From the NCBI GenBank assembly GCA_016840035.1, contig JAEOTC010000031.1:1-64000 (forward strand): DNA of 64,000 bases. The letters run 5' to 3'. Below are positions 61,947 to 64,000 of this stretch, piece after piece. How positions within the stretch are numbered: the stretch's first letter is position 1; each line of letters begins with the position of its first letter. The notes beneath the pieces are model-generated. The model searched no databases and was not told where the DNA came from. It saw nothing but the letters and a program-made list of their open reading frames with translations. A program made the translations under genes and the position numbers. Source of the stretch: Candidatus Hodarchaeota archaeon. GTDB lineage: Archaea > Asgardarchaeota > Heimdallarchaeia > Hodarchaeales > Hodarchaeaceae.

Positions 61947-62615
61947 TTAATTTAATTGCTTTATCAATTCAGCAATCCGAGAATTAATATTCTTTAGCCT
62001 ATTTGAACTTAATAGATCAATATAGGAGATATGGTTTTTATCCTCATTCGTGTAATACTTCCAATTGGCTGCATACGGGTCACAAATGAATCCTTTTTTC
62101 GCCAATTTTTTTGTTAATTGGCTAATAGTCCTTATCAGTTGAAGATCATCCTGTATTGTATCACCCTGAACTTCTTCAACGATTAGAGTAGGAAATTCTC
62201 TCTCGAAAGCTTCAATTTTGGCAATTCCAATTACTTTTGGGGTGATAAACCGATACTTCGGTATTTCAGGCTCTAAATTGATTTTTTTGAGAGTAGATAA
62301 AAAATCATTGATACAAAAATAATGAATAAGTAATTGTGTGAGATGGCGAGAATAGTAAGGTTTGTACATCAATCTACCAACTTGTTCAGACGGAAAACTC
62401 CACCCAAAAAGAACGCTGGAACCTCCTGGATAAAATCGTGTCCCAATTAGTTTTTTCCCGAGTTTTTCTTTAATTATTTCGATTTTCTCGGGATTAAGAA
62501 ATTGACCACGTGAGAACTGAACAACACTCTCAACTAATTCAAGGTTTTTTTGGAGTGCATAGTAGGAATAGTTATTCTTAAATTCAGGAAGGATGCTAAA
62601 TGTTGGGGGACACAT
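61947..62615 (-). CDS. Atypical protein-kinase-like fold protein
   Basis: PGGSSVLF (Gly loop), LMYK, TPKVIG, IVEEVQG, DPYAAN (D-x4-N), YIDL. Confidence 0.55.
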   Translation of the reverse strand: MCPPTFSILPEFKNNYSYYALQKNLELVESVVQFSRGQFLNPEKIEIIKEKLGKKLIGTRFYPGGSSVLFGWSFPSEQVGRLMYKPYYSRHLTQLLIHYFCINDFLSTLKKINLEPEIPKYRFITPKVIGIAKIEAFEREFPTLIVEEVQGDTIQDDLQLIRTISQLTKKLAKKGFICDPYAANWKYYTNEDKNHISYIDLLSSNRLKNINSRIAELIKQLN

Positions 62616-62627
62616 ATACTCTTTGAC

Positions 62628-63998
62628 CTATACCCAATCTGCCGAGTCTATTTTTGTTGGAAGATATGTACCAGTCATATATCGCCAGTTCTTACTTGCT
62701 AGCGCTTGAATTTCTGCTTTTTGTTTTGTATTCTTCATGATGAGAATTTGCTTTTCCCATTCAGGTCTGGATTTAACAAAATCCTCTTTCAATAAATCAT
62801 CAGCACGCTTAATGTCATTATCTGTCATTTTAATAAGTACGGATTTTGGAATTTGATATTCTTCAATATCAGAAGGTAATAAGCCTAACCACCGAATATC
62901 AGGAACCGCTAGCTCCACACTCTCAAAGCTTAATGCTTTACTTCCAATGGAATATACCCTTAAGATATCTAGTCCGTATGGATCAGCATCTAAGAATCCT
63001 AAAATTGGAATTTTCAACTCTTGGTACATTTTCTTAATAAATAGTCTAGTGGCCATATCAGGTTGTCCAGAGGCGGTAATTAGAATACAAGGTACGTAAT
63101 TAAAGAATTTATCTTCTGCTAAATCTTGGAAAACTGCATCCTTCTCAATTACGAGAATAAATTCCGCATCGCTTTCAAAATTATCTACTTGATCTAGCAT
63201 TGGTGTAATCGCGTGGCCACCTAATCCCTTTGTACAATCGATTTGATCCCCACCTTCTCTGAATGTCAATCTACCAATGACTTTTCCTTTAGCTGTTGCA
63301 ATGACATTTAATGAATTTCTGGACACACGTAATAATGCTCCAAGATCCTCAATTAATCCGTCTGAAACTCTTTGATTTCCAAATAGGTTCACATCACGAT
63401 AAAATAGATGCCTTTTTGTGGCGTGTTTATCTGTTGCAAGAATCTCAGTTACATATCTCATTAATCCAGTTAGTTGAACCACACTTTGAACACTACTCAG
63501 ATGACGAAATTGTCTATCAACAACATTACTTCCCAGTAGCACCATTCGTGAATTATTATCATATCCAACATTCTCAGAACTTCGAGATGGAATCCTAAAT
63601 GCGGCGTTCTTAGGATCTTCAGCTATTTCATCCAAAAATTCCAATGCTACTCTATTTAGACGGGATCTTGCTTCTTCTGCTGGAACATTATCTACTTTTA
63701 GGATGGAAACAGGTAAGTCCACTTCGGAATCGGTAACATCTTCCCTAATTTTTCTAAGTCCCGTTAAGTTAATTTTTCGACGAATCTGTAAAACTACGTC
63801 TCCTTCTTCCGTCATATCCCACAATTTAGAAATGTTCTGTTTCGTTAGGACTTCAAAGGTTTTTGACTTCTTCAAACCGTAAAAAATCTGTAATTTTTCA
63901 GATTTAAGGCCAAGAGTACTCTTAATAAGCCCAATAATTCCTTGAATTGTATCTTTTTGTTCCATCTCAACTTTTATTACTTTATTTGTAAAAGAATA
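62628..63998 (-). CDS. top6A: DNA topoisomerase VI subunit A / Spo11 family with N-terminal ubiquitin-like domain, 5'-truncated by window edge
   Basis: TKRHLFY (catalytic Tyr), VIEKDAVF, GQPD, DADPYG, KAEIQAL; frame is open upstream of ATG 63965 to the window end (YSFTNKVIKVE). Confidence 0.93.
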   Translation of the reverse strand, partial: YSFTNKVIKVEMEQKDTIQGIIGLIKSTLGLKSEKLQIFYGLKKSKTFEVLTKQNISKLWDMTEEGDVVLQIRRKINLTGLRKIREDVTDSEVDLPVSILKVDNVPAEEARSRLNRVALEFLDEIAEDPKNAAFRIPSRSSENVGYDNNSRMVLLGSNVVDRQFRHLSSVQSVVQLTGLMRYVTEILATDKHATKRHLFYRDVNLFGNQRVSDGLIEDLGALLRVSRNSLNVIATAKGKVIGRLTFREGGDQIDCTKGLGGHAITPMLDQVDNFESDAEFILVIEKDAVFQDLAEDKFFNYVPCILITASGQPDMATRLFIKKMYQELKIPILGFLDADPYGLDILRVYSIGSKALSFESVELAVPDIRWLGLLPSDIEEYQIPKSVLIKMTDNDIKRADDLLKEDFVKSRPEWEKQILIMKNTKQKAEIQALASKNWRYMTGTYLPTKIDSADWV

Positions 63999-64000
63999 GT

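Noticed and set aside
1741-63598. Many 60-120 aa ORFs antisense to or nested in long genes (e.g. 7812, 17689, 28193, 33608, 54519, 57607)
   Set aside because: Shadow ORFs of well-supported genes with no motifs of their own.
1-64000. rRNA, tRNA, CRISPR arrays, IS/transposase or integrase genes
   Set aside because: No cloverleaf, rRNA-like GC-rich tract, regular repeat-spacer pattern or transposase/integrase motif was seen by eye; short RNAs could have been missed.

Overview
AT-rich, gene-dense archaeal chromosomal segment. It most likely comes from an Asgard archaeon (Heimdallarchaeia, probably Hodarchaeales-like); this is inferred from a DNA polymerase epsilon-like PolB, six Ras/Rab-like small GTPases, a longin/uDENN-TPR protein and a Top6A resembling the eukaryotic SPO11-3 type. 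No rRNA, tRNA, CRISPR array or IS element was recognised. Genome-maintenance genes: Pol-epsilon-like polymerase with a 537-aa LAGLIDADG intein in motif B, two convergent N6-adenine MTases, short MutY-like glycosylase, dUTPase, smc-scpA plus two divergent tandem scpB paralogues flanking a TrmB-like giant coiled-coil gene, an orphan DUF499 ATPase, uvrC, uvrB (apparently CTG-initiated) and top6A. Metabolic genes: Lrp-rocD, ornithine cyclodeaminase family, porCDAB-type oxidoreductase, lpdA, an aminotransferase and transporters. Most notable: (1) the top6A frame is open to the right edge and its N-terminus aligns without gaps to ubiquitin, suggesting a Ubl-Top6A/Spo11 fusion; (2) an SMC locus with two different kite subunits, a possible heterodimeric kite as in eukaryotic Smc5/6 (Nse1-Nse3); (3) an intein-bearing Pol-epsilon-like enzyme that keeps the CysX cysteines. 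All family calls are from motif recognition by eye; no searches were run.
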